This document shows, in pieces, positions 35,168 to 43,642 of a stretch of DNA of 47,600 bases; position 1 is the first letter of the stretch; every line of letters starts with the position of its first letter. A program made the translations under genes and the position numbers. A model generated the notes under the pieces. The model saw only the letters and a program-made list of their open reading frames with translations. It had not been told where the DNA came from and made no database searches. Source of the stretch: a virus; IMG/VR virus record IMGVR_UViG_3300045988_132551; one strand, given 5' to 3'.

Positions 35168-37108
35168 TTTCTTTTTCTCCTTTGTTTTCTTATTTTTTTT
35201 AATGCCTAGAAAATCATTTATTCTTTTCTTTGCAAGATTAATATACCACTCTTTATCAATAGTGTCAATAGTAATTTTACAAGAATTGTCTATAAGTGCA
35301 TGTTGAGGACAATTTTGGATTGTGTCTTTTCTCATAAAGAAATCTCCCTTTTCGTCCGTTTCCCATACTCTCTTATAAGTTTTCTCTCCTTTTTGATTGA
35401 TATAATACCTTGCCCATTTTTCCTCAAAGTCTACTTCTTGAACCAATTCTTTGTCCAAATATGTTTTCTTTACTTTTTTAACTGTACCTAGAGTTTTATC
35501 TTTGACTGCATAGATACGATTTACCCTTTGTACTTCTATTTCTTCACCGTTTACATAATGAACTGTCTTATCGTAACTGCCTCCTGTTTTTCCAATCAAT
35601 TGAAATTGGAAAGGGTCATCACAAGCATTGATAGTATCTTCTACAGGTACATCATTGATAAAATAGTCAATGATAGCCTTTGCTACAATAGAAAATGAGT
35701 TATGCTTGAATGATGGTTTATAATCGCTCACATAAGCACCTTTTACTTTCAATGAACCATCTTCTTTTTCAAGGATATAATTATTCACATCTTTAATAAT
35801 ATAACGCTTGATACCTTCAACTTCCAACTCTAGACGTGTTCTCTTTTGCCATTCATCCATTACCGCATTGGCTATATCCATTTCGCTTTCATGAATAATA
35901 AAAGCGACACCATCTGTATTTACATTAGTAAGTCTAATTGTCTTACATTGTTTACATAACTCAATGCATAAGTCCGTCAATAGTAACTGTCCTGTCGCAC
36001 ATACTGAACGACCATTACGTGGGTCGTAGCAATCACTAAACTGTTGTAAGGAAATACCATAAACTGTATTGATAGGTACTTTAAGAGAATTTGCTACTCT
36101 CTTGTCACCTCTATGTTTAGCGTCAATACGTTCTTTCTTCATGTTGAAGAATTTGTTAGGGTCTGGTACTGCACGGCTCGTAAGTCCATATTCTTCCATC
36201 AATGATGGATATAGGGAAGTTACATCTGCAATCTTTTGAACATGTCCATCTTTGTTTACAATGATTTCATTTTGAACACTCGCATGAACACCTCCCCATG
36301 CGAATACCCATTCCAAACCTAAAAAATCAATTTTAAGTTTCTTATTGAAAAGTACCTCCGTAGGGATATTTTCATCAAAAGCTTGGTTAAAGAAGTCCTG
36401 CACTTCTTCAGGGATATTATTCCAATTTACAGTATCTGGAAACTGAATATCTCTTTCATCATTAAACTCACATCTTTCAGCACCTAAAGAGATACTCGCT
36501 AACTGCCCATTTGTTCGATATAAAGACTCTTCTGGTGTTAAACCTTCTCTCGTACCATTGAATACTTTAGCTTCTAGATAGTCCATTCTTTCGTCAATTA
36601 AACATGATGTAGCATCAACATCATGATGACAATAGAATAACATTTCGTCAAATTCTTCTTTAGTCCACGGATGGTCTATTTTGAAATCTACAGTTGACTC
36701 TTGAATGTCCATGAGCATATTACCTTCAAGTTCCTTTAAAGATTGTCTTAAAGGCATATCCAACATGAGATCACTGGTAGGTGGTATTTTGATATACGGT
36801 TGGTCGAATGGATATGTCCATCCATCTTGATGTTCTTCGATAATATAATCGTTAATATCCTTGATATAATCTGGTGTATAATGATTTAAAACACCTTTAA
36901 GGATATAATTATCATAATGTTTATTATTATATCCTACATAGATAAAATCATGCTTATTGATAAAATCCTCAACACCCTGTGGGTCATTGTGAAAATCATA
37001 AAATATACCCGTCTGTCTATCTTTGATGCATAGAAGCCAATCGTAAGCTGTAACTTCAAAGTCAAAAGCTACTAATCTACTTTTCCACCCATCATCTTGT
37101 TTTCCCAT
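34400..37108 (-). CDS. family-B DNA polymerase (3'-5' exo + pol) fused in frame to an ERF-like single-strand annealing domain
   Basis: Exo motifs FDFEVT, YNNKHYDNYIL, HHDVDAT. Pol motifs DVTSLYPS, KVPINTVYG, NVNTDGV. The C-terminal 256 aa have an ERF-like ..DKGIYKAETMAIKYFVLNNF. Confidence 0.75.
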   Translation of the reverse strand: MGKQDDGWKSRLVAFDFEVTAYDWLLCIKDRQTGIFYDFHNDPQGVEDFINKHDFIYVGYNNKHYDNYILKGVLNHYTPDYIKDINDYIIEEHQDGWTYPFDQPYIKIPPTSDLMLDMPLRQSLKELEGNMLMDIQESTVDFKIDHPWTKEEFDEMLFYCHHDVDATSCLIDERMDYLEAKVFNGTREGLTPEESLYRTNGQLASISLGAERCEFNDERDIQFPDTVNWNNIPEEVQDFFNQAFDENIPTEVLFNKKLKIDFLGLEWVFAWGGVHASVQNEIIVNKDGHVQKIADVTSLYPSLMEEYGLTSRAVPDPNKFFNMKKERIDAKHRGDKRVANSLKVPINTVYGISLQQFSDCYDPRNGRSVCATGQLLLTDLCIELCKQCKTIRLTNVNTDGVAFIIHESEMDIANAVMDEWQKRTRLELEVEGIKRYIIKDVNNYILEKEDGSLKVKGAYVSDYKPSFKHNSFSIVAKAIIDYFINDVPVEDTINACDDPFQFQLIGKTGGSYDKTVHYVNGEEIEVQRVNRIYAVKDKTLGTVKKVKKTYLDKELVQEVDFEEKWARYYINQKGEKTYKRVWETDEKGDFFMRKDTIQNCPQHALIDNSCKITIDTIDKEWYINLAKKRINDFLGIKKNKKTKEKKKMAVAKTKLEPRPALYKKIFDLGLYLAKQPYITDGYNDAQGYEYIKSSYYRKVLGQGCREVGLIYKLSIVNRLFTPLEKTKNMNLITIQGNMSLIDPDTGEFEDYPIIAEGSDNLDKGIYKAETMAIKYFVLNNFLLPETQDEIDPESAKEDRKAEEKPLNVTKDEPKKSKPTPPPTKEEREEAKQEVVNNDQPTMAYVDEMIDLIKKCQEKKPGYGEKTLTNLEKFKKGEMALTKTKAVSMMTKIEEKADELGVE

Positions 37109-37254
37109 TCTTCAATCTCCTCTTTATAAAAATAAATTCTACCATTTACAGGTAATTTATGATAAGGTAGCCCTTTCATATCTTTCCATCTGTCAAGGGT
37201 TCTTTCGCAGATGCCCCAACGTTTCTGTAAATCTTTTTTAGTCAATTTTTCCAT
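37072..37254 (-). CDS. excisionase/MerR-type HTH DNA-binding protein
   Basis: LQKRWGICERTLDRWKD..GLPYHKL..RIYFYKEEIEEW. Paralog of 45793..45969. Confidence 0.6.
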   Translation of the reverse strand: MEKLTKKDLQKRWGICERTLDRWKDMKGLPYHKLPVNGRIYFYKEEIEEWENKMMGGKVD

Positions 37255-37621
37255 TCAAATCATCCTTTCTATGTTTATTGAAATAATTTATATCAAATTC
37301 TTTTTTTCTAATTGTATATTTTCCTTTATACAATGTTTTTTCTCTACACGCTCTAGATACTTGCCCACCTGTAGTATCATACTCATACCCTATATCTTTA
37401 GGAATTCCTGTATAGACAACGTCTCCTTGTCTGTCAACAACTTCATAAGTTTCTTCTTTAGACGTTGGAGGTTTAAAATAATTTTCAGCTAGGAATGTAA
37501 TATAAGGACTCGTCTTATATGTACCTCCTAAAGCTTTGTATTCAGATGGTTTAGGTGAACGCATATAAAGTGCATAGAAATCTTCTATGATTTCTAATTG
37601 TTTTCTTTTACTCTCAATCAC
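37238..37621 (-). CDS. hypothetical protein
   Basis: Coupled ORF. Confidence 0.55.
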   Translation of the reverse strand: MIESKRKQLEIIEDFYALYMRSPKPSEYKALGGTYKTSPYITFLAENYFKPPTSKEETYEVVDRQGDVVYTGIPKDIGYEYDTTGGQVSRACREKTLYKGKYTIRKKEFDINYFNKHRKDDLNGKID

Positions 37622-38169
37622 AATATCTCTCCTTCCTTTATTTCATAGAATTTATAAGGCTCAATCTCAATAAAATCATCTACCACGATAAATTTGTATT
37701 CACATTTGATTGATAAATAAAGGTCTTTATCATCTACGAGAAACTCTCTTTCAAATTTACCTAAATCCTTGCCTTTGTTGTTGATACCAATATATTCGGC
37801 TATTTTAGGTTCGTCTAGAATTTTAAAATTATCATTAGCTTTCAATATATCCAACCACGATTGATAAAGTTTAGAATTAAGACGAATACCATAGAAGCCT
37901 TGACTATCTGGTTTCTTTAAATCCGTACCGAATTTCTTTTTGTCATGTGCTATTCTTCTATAGTCTTTGGTTGTAGCAATCTTTAAAGATTGCTTTTGAG
38001 TACGACTGTCTGTATAAGGAAGAATTAGTTCACATTGAATATCCTGTTCTTTTCTAAACTCTTTAAGTAATTTGATAGCTTGTTGAGTGTTATTCAGATA
38101 CCTAAAATAATCTGAATAAAGCCTGTGCCATGATGGTATCTTAAACGTTCTCTCTATCATTTTCATCAT
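37618..38169 (-). CDS. hypothetical protein (start uncertain: 38169/38166/38160)
   Basis: SD GGAAAGGA lies before the ATGATGAAAATG cluster. The ORF-track start 38199 lies inside the upstream small ORF. Confidence 0.5.
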   Translation of the reverse strand: MMKMIERTFKIPSWHRLYSDYFRYLNNTQQAIKLLKEFRKEQDIQCELILPYTDSRTQKQSLKIATTKDYRRIAHDKKKFGTDLKKPDSQGFYGIRLNSKLYQSWLDILKANDNFKILDEPKIAEYIGINNKGKDLGKFEREFLVDDKDLYLSIKCEYKFIVVDDFIEIEPYKFYEIKEGEIL

Positions 38170-38311
38170 CCTTTCCAGGACATCCAGAAAGAAGCTCATT
38201 AGGTATAAAATGCCTTGTACTATCCCCTTTCAATGTAATTTCAATTAATAAAAACTTTTCTCTACATTCTTGTAAATGTTCACAAAAATCACATCTAGCG
38301 AATTGTTCCAT
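38141..38311 (-). CDS. small Cys-containing protein (56 aa)
   Basis: MEQFARCDFCEHLQEC... fills the gap after the SNF2 gene. Below the ORF-track cut-off. Confidence 0.4.
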   Translation of the reverse strand: MEQFARCDFCEHLQECREKFLLIEITLKGDSTRHFIPNELLSGCPGKDDENDRENV

Positions 38312-38315
38312 TTTA

Positions 38316-39590
38316 TCACATCCTTTGTCTAAAATTATCTAAAGCTTCTACATTGAAGTCAATTCCATTTGAAACACGTTCGTAAATATCTTCTTCTACA
38401 GTATCTTTTGTAATCAGCCAATGGTAACTGCATTTACTAGTTTGTCCATTTCTATGTATACGTGCCATAGCTTGGTCGATAACTGTACTTGATTGGTTTG
38501 GCTCATAGAAAATCATATTACTAGAAGCAAACAAATCTATTCCTGCATTGGCGGAACGATATTGGCATACGATAACTTGAATATCCTCGTTTTCTTGAAA
38601 ATCTTTCCATATCGACTTGTTTCTTTGTTGCCCATCCAAAGTTACATACTTGATTTTCTTCTTCTCTAGAAGCTTATGAATTTGAGATAGAGAATAAGTA
38701 AATTCGGCAAAGATAACGAGTTTACCATTTAAACTGTCGATAAGTTCATCTAGCATTTTTATCTTCTCACATTTTAGTTCATGAAGTTCTTGGTAGTCAT
38801 CTATTACAAAACCACTGCATAACTGTCTTAACTTCACAATGACCGACATAGGATTTCCTATGTTCATATCAAATTCTTCTATAAAGTTTTCTAAAGCCTC
38901 TTTATACTTTTTCTTTTCTTTTAACTCACAATCAATGATGTTTGGAGGTAACATATCTGGCAAATCAAGACATGACTTCTTATCTATATAATACGCTTTT
39001 TCACTTATTTTGTCTAGTAGTTCTTGAACGTTTCTATACTTAACTATTATTTTCACATAAGTACCAGGTAATTGTCTTTGTACAGTATGATGTGCTAGAA
39101 ACTCATTATAAGTTCCTAAATAATTAGGAAGAATAAAATCAATTTGAGAATAATAATCTTCATAATGTCCATTGTGCATAGGTGTACCTGTCATAATATA
39201 CCTGTATTTGCTCATATTTTTAAGTTTATGAATAAATTTTGTACGTTTGGTATTTCTATGCGCTATACAATGTGACTCGTCTAATACAATACAATCCCAC
39301 GCTTTCTCATACTCTTTTCTTCTCCATACTGTATCATAAGATACGACAACTAAATTTTTAAGATGTTTTCTTTTTCTTTTTGGAAATTTTTCAATATCTC
39401 TATACCATGAACCTTTAGTTGAAGCAGGACATATAACTAAAGCGTTTTCTATTTCTCTAGCAATAAATAGGTTGCATAAATGATAAAGAACAGGTGCCGT
39501 TTTACCCGTACCCTGTTCAGCGAATACAGCGAATTGGTTATTATTTGTAAGTAAATGAAGTATTTGTTTTTGGTGTTTAAATAGTTTCAT
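38316..39590 (-). CDS. SNF2/Rad54-family helicase
   Basis: Motif I GTGKT, II VLDESH, III TGTP, VI QAMARIHRNGQ. Confidence 0.85.
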   Translation of the reverse strand: MKLFKHQKQILHLLTNNNQFAVFAEQGTGKTAPVLYHLCNLFIAREIENALVICPASTKGSWYRDIEKFPKRKRKHLKNLVVVSYDTVWRRKEYEKAWDCIVLDESHCIAHRNTKRTKFIHKLKNMSKYRYIMTGTPMHNGHYEDYYSQIDFILPNYLGTYNEFLAHHTVQRQLPGTYVKIIVKYRNVQELLDKISEKAYYIDKKSCLDLPDMLPPNIIDCELKEKKKYKEALENFIEEFDMNIGNPMSVIVKLRQLCSGFVIDDYQELHELKCEKIKMLDELIDSLNGKLVIFAEFTYSLSQIHKLLEKKKIKYVTLDGQQRNKSIWKDFQENEDIQVIVCQYRSANAGIDLFASSNMIFYEPNQSSTVIDQAMARIHRNGQTSKCSYHWLITKDTVEEDIYERVSNGIDFNVEALDNFRQRM

Positions 39591-39844
39591 TATTCATCTA
39601 ACCACCCTAATTCCTCAAACTGTTTATTGATAGCTCTTAACATTGCTTTATCCGTTTTAATTGCACTATTCCATGTGTTGTGATAAGTGAATTTTTTATC
39701 TTTGAATTCAACTGTAAATATGTCAAATCCGCAATCATCATCTTCACTGCCTATTGGTTTTTCGTAAACAACATGTTCTTTCCCATAACAAATTGATGTA
39801 TTTTTTCTAAAGCCTAATTTTTCAAACATTTCTTTCGCTGTCAT
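39590..39844 (-). CDS. hypothetical protein
   Basis: Coupled ORF. Confidence 0.55.
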   Translation of the reverse strand: MTAKEMFEKLGFRKNTSICYGKEHVVYEKPIGSEDDDCGFDIFTVEFKDKKFTYHNTWNSAIKTDKAMLRAINKQFEELGWLDE

Positions 39845-40233
39845 TATTTTTCACCTTCTGCTTTTGGTATTTGAATTGGATAAAATCTATTCTCTTCAAA
39901 ATTACACCATTCACAATTCGAATCTCTATTGCTCATTGGATATCTAATAATCATCATTTGATTATTAACAGTAAATTCTTCAATATAAATACAACATTTA
40001 TTTTTTACATCATAAACCCACATATTTTCATGAAGTTCTTCAAATTTAAGGGGTTGAGGATTAAAGTGTTCTTCAACTAAATCCCTAATAATTAAACTCT
40101 CATTTGTATTTTCAACACATTTCCAAGGGTTTATTTTAGTATCAAAACATTTGCAATCTTCACACTTTTTATTTCGTTTTGCTCCGCATTGAATACGACA
40201 TAAAGCCTTTAAACATTCTTCTTCAGTCAACAT
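39844..40233 (-). CDS. Cys-rich hypothetical protein
   Basis: Coupled ORF. N-terminal C..C(x)..C.DC.C cluster. Confidence 0.55.
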   Translation of the reverse strand: MLTEEECLKALCRIQCGAKRNKKCEDCKCFDTKINPWKCVENTNESLIIRDLVEEHFNPQPLKFEELHENMWVYDVKNKCCIYIEEFTVNNQMMIIRYPMSNRDSNCEWCNFEENRFYPIQIPKAEGEK

Positions 40234-40421
40234 TATTCATCCCCTCTTTTCATTAACTCTCTTGAAAATGTTTTTAATTCGTTTCTATGCTCTATTAATA
40301 CACTATCCCAAGGGTCGATATTAGGTATGAAGCTTAAAACAAAGCAGATAGTACGAAGTGTTTCAATTACTTCTATTAGAAGATGTTTGTAGAAGATGAT
40401 TTTCTTTTTAATCTTCTTCAT
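40233..40421 (-). CDS. small hypothetical protein
   Basis: Coupled ORF. Confidence 0.45.
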   Translation of the reverse strand: MKKIKKKIIFYKHLLIEVIETLRTICFVLSFIPNIDPWDSVLIEHRNELKTFSRELMKRGDE

Positions 40422-40638
40422 CTTTCATCAACTCCTCTTTCCATTGCTCTTTTGTAACTGTTGTATTGTCAAAATTATTAATATCCCATTTTTCTAATTC
40501 TTCACAAGCTTTATCAAATGCCTTTTCTAATTGGTCAACATATTTTTCTAATGCATCTATATATCTAGTAAAGTCAATAGTATAAATGCCTCCTATTTCT
40601 CTAATATCTTTTAATTCTTCTTTCTTAGGTCTATTCAT
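40408..40638 (-). CDS. hypothetical protein, paralog of 40631..40966
   Basis: Shared MNRPK.., ..YID.LE..L..A.D.ACE.L...D....KEQWKE..MKDE. Confidence 0.55.
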   Translation of the reverse strand: MNRPKKEELKDIREIGGIYTIDFTRYIDALEKYVDQLEKAFDKACEELEKWDINNFDNTTVTKEQWKEELMKDEED

Positions 40639-40966
40639 CTTTCATACACCACTCTTTCCATTGTTCTTTAGAAAATACTTCATCATCTTCATGGGTAGTT
40701 TCTTTGTCATACATTGATAACATTTCACACGCTCTATCTAACGCTTTATCTAATTCATTAACTTTTTTACAAAACAATTCATTTTGTTGATGCTCTACTT
40801 CATTTTTAACCTTAAGATTACTTAATTGTTCTTCTAAATAATCAATATATTCATTTAAAGCATTTTGATAAGACACCACATTAAGACTACCTATGTTAAT
40901 AACTGTACAATTTGGCAATTCACATTTTTCTATAAAATCTCTAATTTTAGGTCTATTCATCTTCAA
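40631..40966 (-). CDS. hypothetical protein, paralog of 40408..40638
   Basis: See the partner entry. Confidence 0.55.
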   Translation of the reverse strand: MKMNRPKIRDFIEKCELPNCTVINIGSLNVVSYQNALNEYIDYLEEQLSNLKVKNEVEHQQNELFCKKVNELDKALDRACEMLSMYDKETTHEDDEVFSKEQWKEWCMKDE

Positions 40967-41174
40967 TCACCCCACAATATTTAGTAATTTCGTATTTTTC
41001 AATCAATCCTTGCACGGTTTCATCATCTTTTGCATCTTGAAAATATTCTCTTTCTTTCATTTCACATAAAATAGGTACTCCACCAAAACGTACATTCACT
41101 TCGTAAAGTAATTCATCTACTGCTAACAATAAGTCTAATTCAAAATCTTTTTTAAATTTTTCTCTTTCATTCAT
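40953..41174 (-). CDS. hypothetical protein
   Basis: Coupled ORF. Confidence 0.5.
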   Translation of the reverse strand: MNEREKFKKDFELDLLLAVDELLYEVNVRFGGVPILCEMKEREYFQDAKDDETVQGLIEKYEITKYCGVIEDE

Positions 41175-41640
41175 CTTCTATTACCTCACAATTTTCTAAT
41201 AATTCTTTGATATTAGTTGGTTTTTCATCTTCCCAAGAAAGGAAATCGAATAATTCTTTTTTAAAAACATCGCTAAAACCAGCAATATCACCCTTACCAT
41301 ATACAGTCCACCTTTTGTTGTTATCTTGTGTATATTTTTCAGGCTTAAATTTATAACACCAAACAGTACCTTTTTCATCCTTGGCAATCCATTTATACTT
41401 ATTATTTAAACTTTCTAAAAAGTATTTAGTTGCTAAAGAAATTTTAACTTTTGGCTTTTTATATTCTTCATATAGCCATTCAAACATGTTTTTGGGACAA
41501 TATTCACTATTACCACTATTACTAAATTTACAATCCCTACAATAAAAACCAATACATGATACTAATTCATTGCTTTTATTTAGAGCAATTTCACCTTTTA
41601 ATTCTTTAATTTTATCTTCATAAACTTCAAAGTTTTTCAT
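41167..41640 (-). CDS. hypothetical protein sharing the C-terminal domain of the plus-strand paralog family
   Basis: ..KYKWIAKDEKG...LFDFLSWEDEKPTNIKELLENCEVIEDE compared with ..WESRKYYIIEDVLENCEIVED. Confidence 0.6.
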   Translation of the reverse strand: MKNFEVYEDKIKELKGEIALNKSNELVSCIGFYCRDCKFSNSGNSEYCPKNMFEWLYEEYKKPKVKISLATKYFLESLNNKYKWIAKDEKGTVWCYKFKPEKYTQDNNKRWTVYGKGDIAGFSDVFKKELFDFLSWEDEKPTNIKELLENCEVIEDE

Positions 41641-41903
41641 TATAAATCATCATCCTTCCATTTCAAATTCATTACTAATTCTTTAAATTCATTATAGAAA
41701 TCATCAAAGCTGTTCCAATCATAGAATTTTGTACTTCTTAAATGATATTTCCCTACAGCGTCTACAATGTAATAAAACCTATAATAGCTATTTTTGACAC
41801 CTACTTGAATATCATTTACGTCTTTAAAAATCAAAGTATTGCCATCTTTGAGACATTCGTCAAATCCTCTTTGGTTCATCCATTGTTTGTTTATCTCACC
41901 CAT
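41640..41903 (-). CDS. hypothetical protein
   Basis: Coupled ORF. Confidence 0.55.
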   Translation of the reverse strand: MGEINKQWMNQRGFDECLKDGNTLIFKDVNDIQVGVKNSYYRFYYIVDAVGKYHLRSTKFYDWNSFDDFYNEFKELVMNLKWKDDDL

Positions 41904-41904
41904 C

Positions 41905-42024
41905 TTAAATCACTCCCATCATTTTAAGTATGAACATCAATATTTCAACTATCGCCCATGAAAAACAAACTAGTATATCGATAACTAAAAATCCTTCTAA
42001 AAATTCTTTCATCTTTTCTTTCAT
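41905..42024 (-). CDS. small membrane protein (39 aa)
   Basis: MKEKMKEFLEGFLVIDILVCFSWAIVEILMFILKMMGVI. It exactly fills the gap between flanking genes. Below the cut-off. Confidence 0.4.
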   Translation of the reverse strand: MKEKMKEFLEGFLVIDILVCFSWAIVEILMFILKMMGVI

Positions 42025-42026
42025 TT

Positions 42027-42533
42027 TTAGTTCACTTCCTTATATACCTTTAAAGTTTCAGTTCCTTTTTCCAAAGTTTCTTCATGCGAAGATACATAAA
42101 CATCAATCTTGTTACCTATGATTTTATTTCCTGTGTCCTCGGCTGTGTATTCTATCCCTTCTATGATTACTTTACTATCAAGTGGTATTACATTAGGGTC
42201 TACTGCTATTGTGTGTTGAGGACGAGGAATTGTACCTCTATAGGTGATATTTCCCCATACACCGTTGCATACATCACAACCACAATAATAAGTAATTTTA
42301 AACTCTCCTATGCACTCTACAGTTTTGACTTCATGTACTACATAAGGCTCTTGATTTAACAGTATATGACACATAGTATCAACTGTCTTTTTCTCTTTCA
42401 TAATTTTGTTATATTTAGTAGTCAAATCATTATAATCTTCTACCAGATTGCTATGTTTATAACTGACAAAGATAAGAGAAAATAACATCATCCATGTTAC
42501 TATGGTTGATAAAACTTTTTCATATTTTCTCAT
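42027..42533 (-). CDS. membrane-anchored 3D-domain (MltA/YuiC-like) protein
   Basis: N-terminal TM. FKITYYCGCDVCNG...GT.P....IAVDPNVIPLDSKV.IEG..YTAEDTGNKI.GNKIDVY is the 3D-domain pattern. Confidence 0.7.
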   Translation of the reverse strand: MRKYEKVLSTIVTWMMLFSLIFVSYKHSNLVEDYNDLTTKYNKIMKEKKTVDTMCHILLNQEPYVVHEVKTVECIGEFKITYYCGCDVCNGVWGNITYRGTIPRPQHTIAVDPNVIPLDSKVIIEGIEYTAEDTGNKIIGNKIDVYVSSHEETLEKGTETLKVYKEVN

Positions 42534-42587
42534 AAATTATCACCCCATTTCTTGCCGTGTTATAAATTTTATTTACTTCTAACATAA

Positions 42588-43028
42588 CTAACCTCCTATG
42601 AACTCTTTCAATTTGTATTTTATAAAGCAAAGACTGACTTGTGGCTTAGCTACAGACTTACGAGGGTCAATCCTCATTTTATCTACAGTTCTCAACTCAC
42701 TAAAGTTCAATCTGGATTTTGTTTTCTTTCCATTGATAACTACACGTATATCCATTTCTGTAGATACCGTACAATCATCTTTGACACTTGTAGATGGGAT
42801 GACGAGCATTTTATCCCTGAACTTTTTCACTACATAACACCAATGACCGAAACACATTTCATGCGGAAAACCTACATCTAAATTGACATAAACCATATCC
42901 CCCTCATGAAACTCAATAGGTGGATTGTAAAACCATCTAGGGTCGTTATTAGAGTGTCTCCAATAAAAATCCCATTGAGAGGACGTATGCTTATAAGCAT
43001 ATTCTAAATTTTCTTTAGTTACTTCCAT
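42588..43028 (-). CDS. PemK/MazF-family toxin-like protein with an N-terminal extension
   Basis: GDMVYVNLD....E...GHW.YVV ...VIPSTS ... FSELRTVDKMRI parallels EndoA/MazF GDVYFADL..V.GSEQGG.RPVLV ... LLEQIRTIDKQRL. Confidence 0.65.
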   Translation of the reverse strand: MEVTKENLEYAYKHTSSQWDFYWRHSNNDPRWFYNPPIEFHEGDMVYVNLDVGFPHEMCFGHWCYVVKKFRDKMLVIPSTSVKDDCTVSTEMDIRVVINGKKTKSRLNFSELRTVDKMRIDPRKSVAKPQVSLCFIKYKLKEFIGG

Positions 43029-43245
43029 AAGCTAATCCCTCCAATTCTTCTAATCTTTCATTTAATTCATCCACTTCTGCAATCAAATCTTCCGCTTCTT
43101 CACTTTCTAAATCTGTTTCAGAAATTTCATCTTGAAGTTCTTCTAATTTTTCTTTAACTTCTTCAATTTCTTCTAAAACTCTTTGGTCTGGCTCATTATT
43201 GTAATAAGCTTCATTTGTGATTCTTTCCAAATAAGCATCAAACAT
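43015..43245 (-). CDS. highly acidic coiled-coil protein (candidate antitoxin or DNA mimic)
   Basis: 76 aa, very acidic (many D/E residues). Overlaps the MazF-like gene by 14 nt. Has its own promoter. Confidence 0.6.
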   Translation of the reverse strand: MFDAYLERITNEAYYNNEPDQRVLEEIEEVKEKLEELQDEISETDLESEEAEDLIAEVDELNERLEELEGLAYGSN

Positions 43246-43260
43246 TTTTATATTTCCTTT

Positions 43261-43293
43261 GATAACCTTTGGTTATCTCCTTTGGTTATCTCC
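43261..43293 (-). promoter_or_regulatory. 5' leader with the palindrome GATAACCAAAGGTTATC and a 2 x 13-nt tandem repeat (GGAGATAACCAAA)
   Basis: Read directly between promoter 43335 and the start codon at 43245. Confidence 0.6.
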
Positions 43294-43306
43294 TTTCCTT
43301 GACTAT

Positions 43307-43335
43307 ATATTACTATAGATTTCTAATAATGTCAA
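43307..43335 (-). promoter_or_regulatory. strong sigma70-type promoter TTGACA-N17-TAATAT (minus strand)
   Basis: Reverse complement of tgtcaa (43330-43335) and atatta (43307-43312), with a 17-nt spacer. Confidence 0.65.
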
Positions 43336-43345
43336 CAAATATATG

Positions 43346-43377
43346 AAAAAAGAGTAAAAATATTTTTACTCTTTTTC
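43346..43377. terminator. bidirectional rho-independent terminator
   Basis: aaaaa-agagtaaaa-(at)-ttttactct-ttttt. It overlaps the stop of 43366..43629. Confidence 0.65.
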
Positions 43378-43629
43378 TTCATCATATGTGCAAATTATAA
43401 ATTTTTCATTAAAAGTATCTGAATAACTCCATGCGTTATATGACACTAAACCATTTCCTTTCATTTCAATATCACCTGCGTCTAAATTTTTAACTTTCGT
43501 ATCTAGCAATTTTTCATTGCAAAAAGGTATCATGTTTCTAGATAAGACTAAATTAGTTCCTTCGATATTTTTAATATATAAAATCGACGCTCCACCTTTC
43601 ATATTTTCTAATACTTCTCTTACTGTCAT
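43366..43629 (-). CDS. hypothetical protein
   Basis: SD AAGGAGG before the ATG at 43629 (MTVREV..). Confidence 0.55.
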   Translation of the reverse strand: MTVREVLENMKGGASILYIKNIEGTNLVLSRNMIPFCNEKLLDTKVKNLDAGDIEMKGNGLVSYNAWSYSDTFNEKFIICTYDEEKE

Positions 43630-43642
43630 TTTCTTTTCCTCC

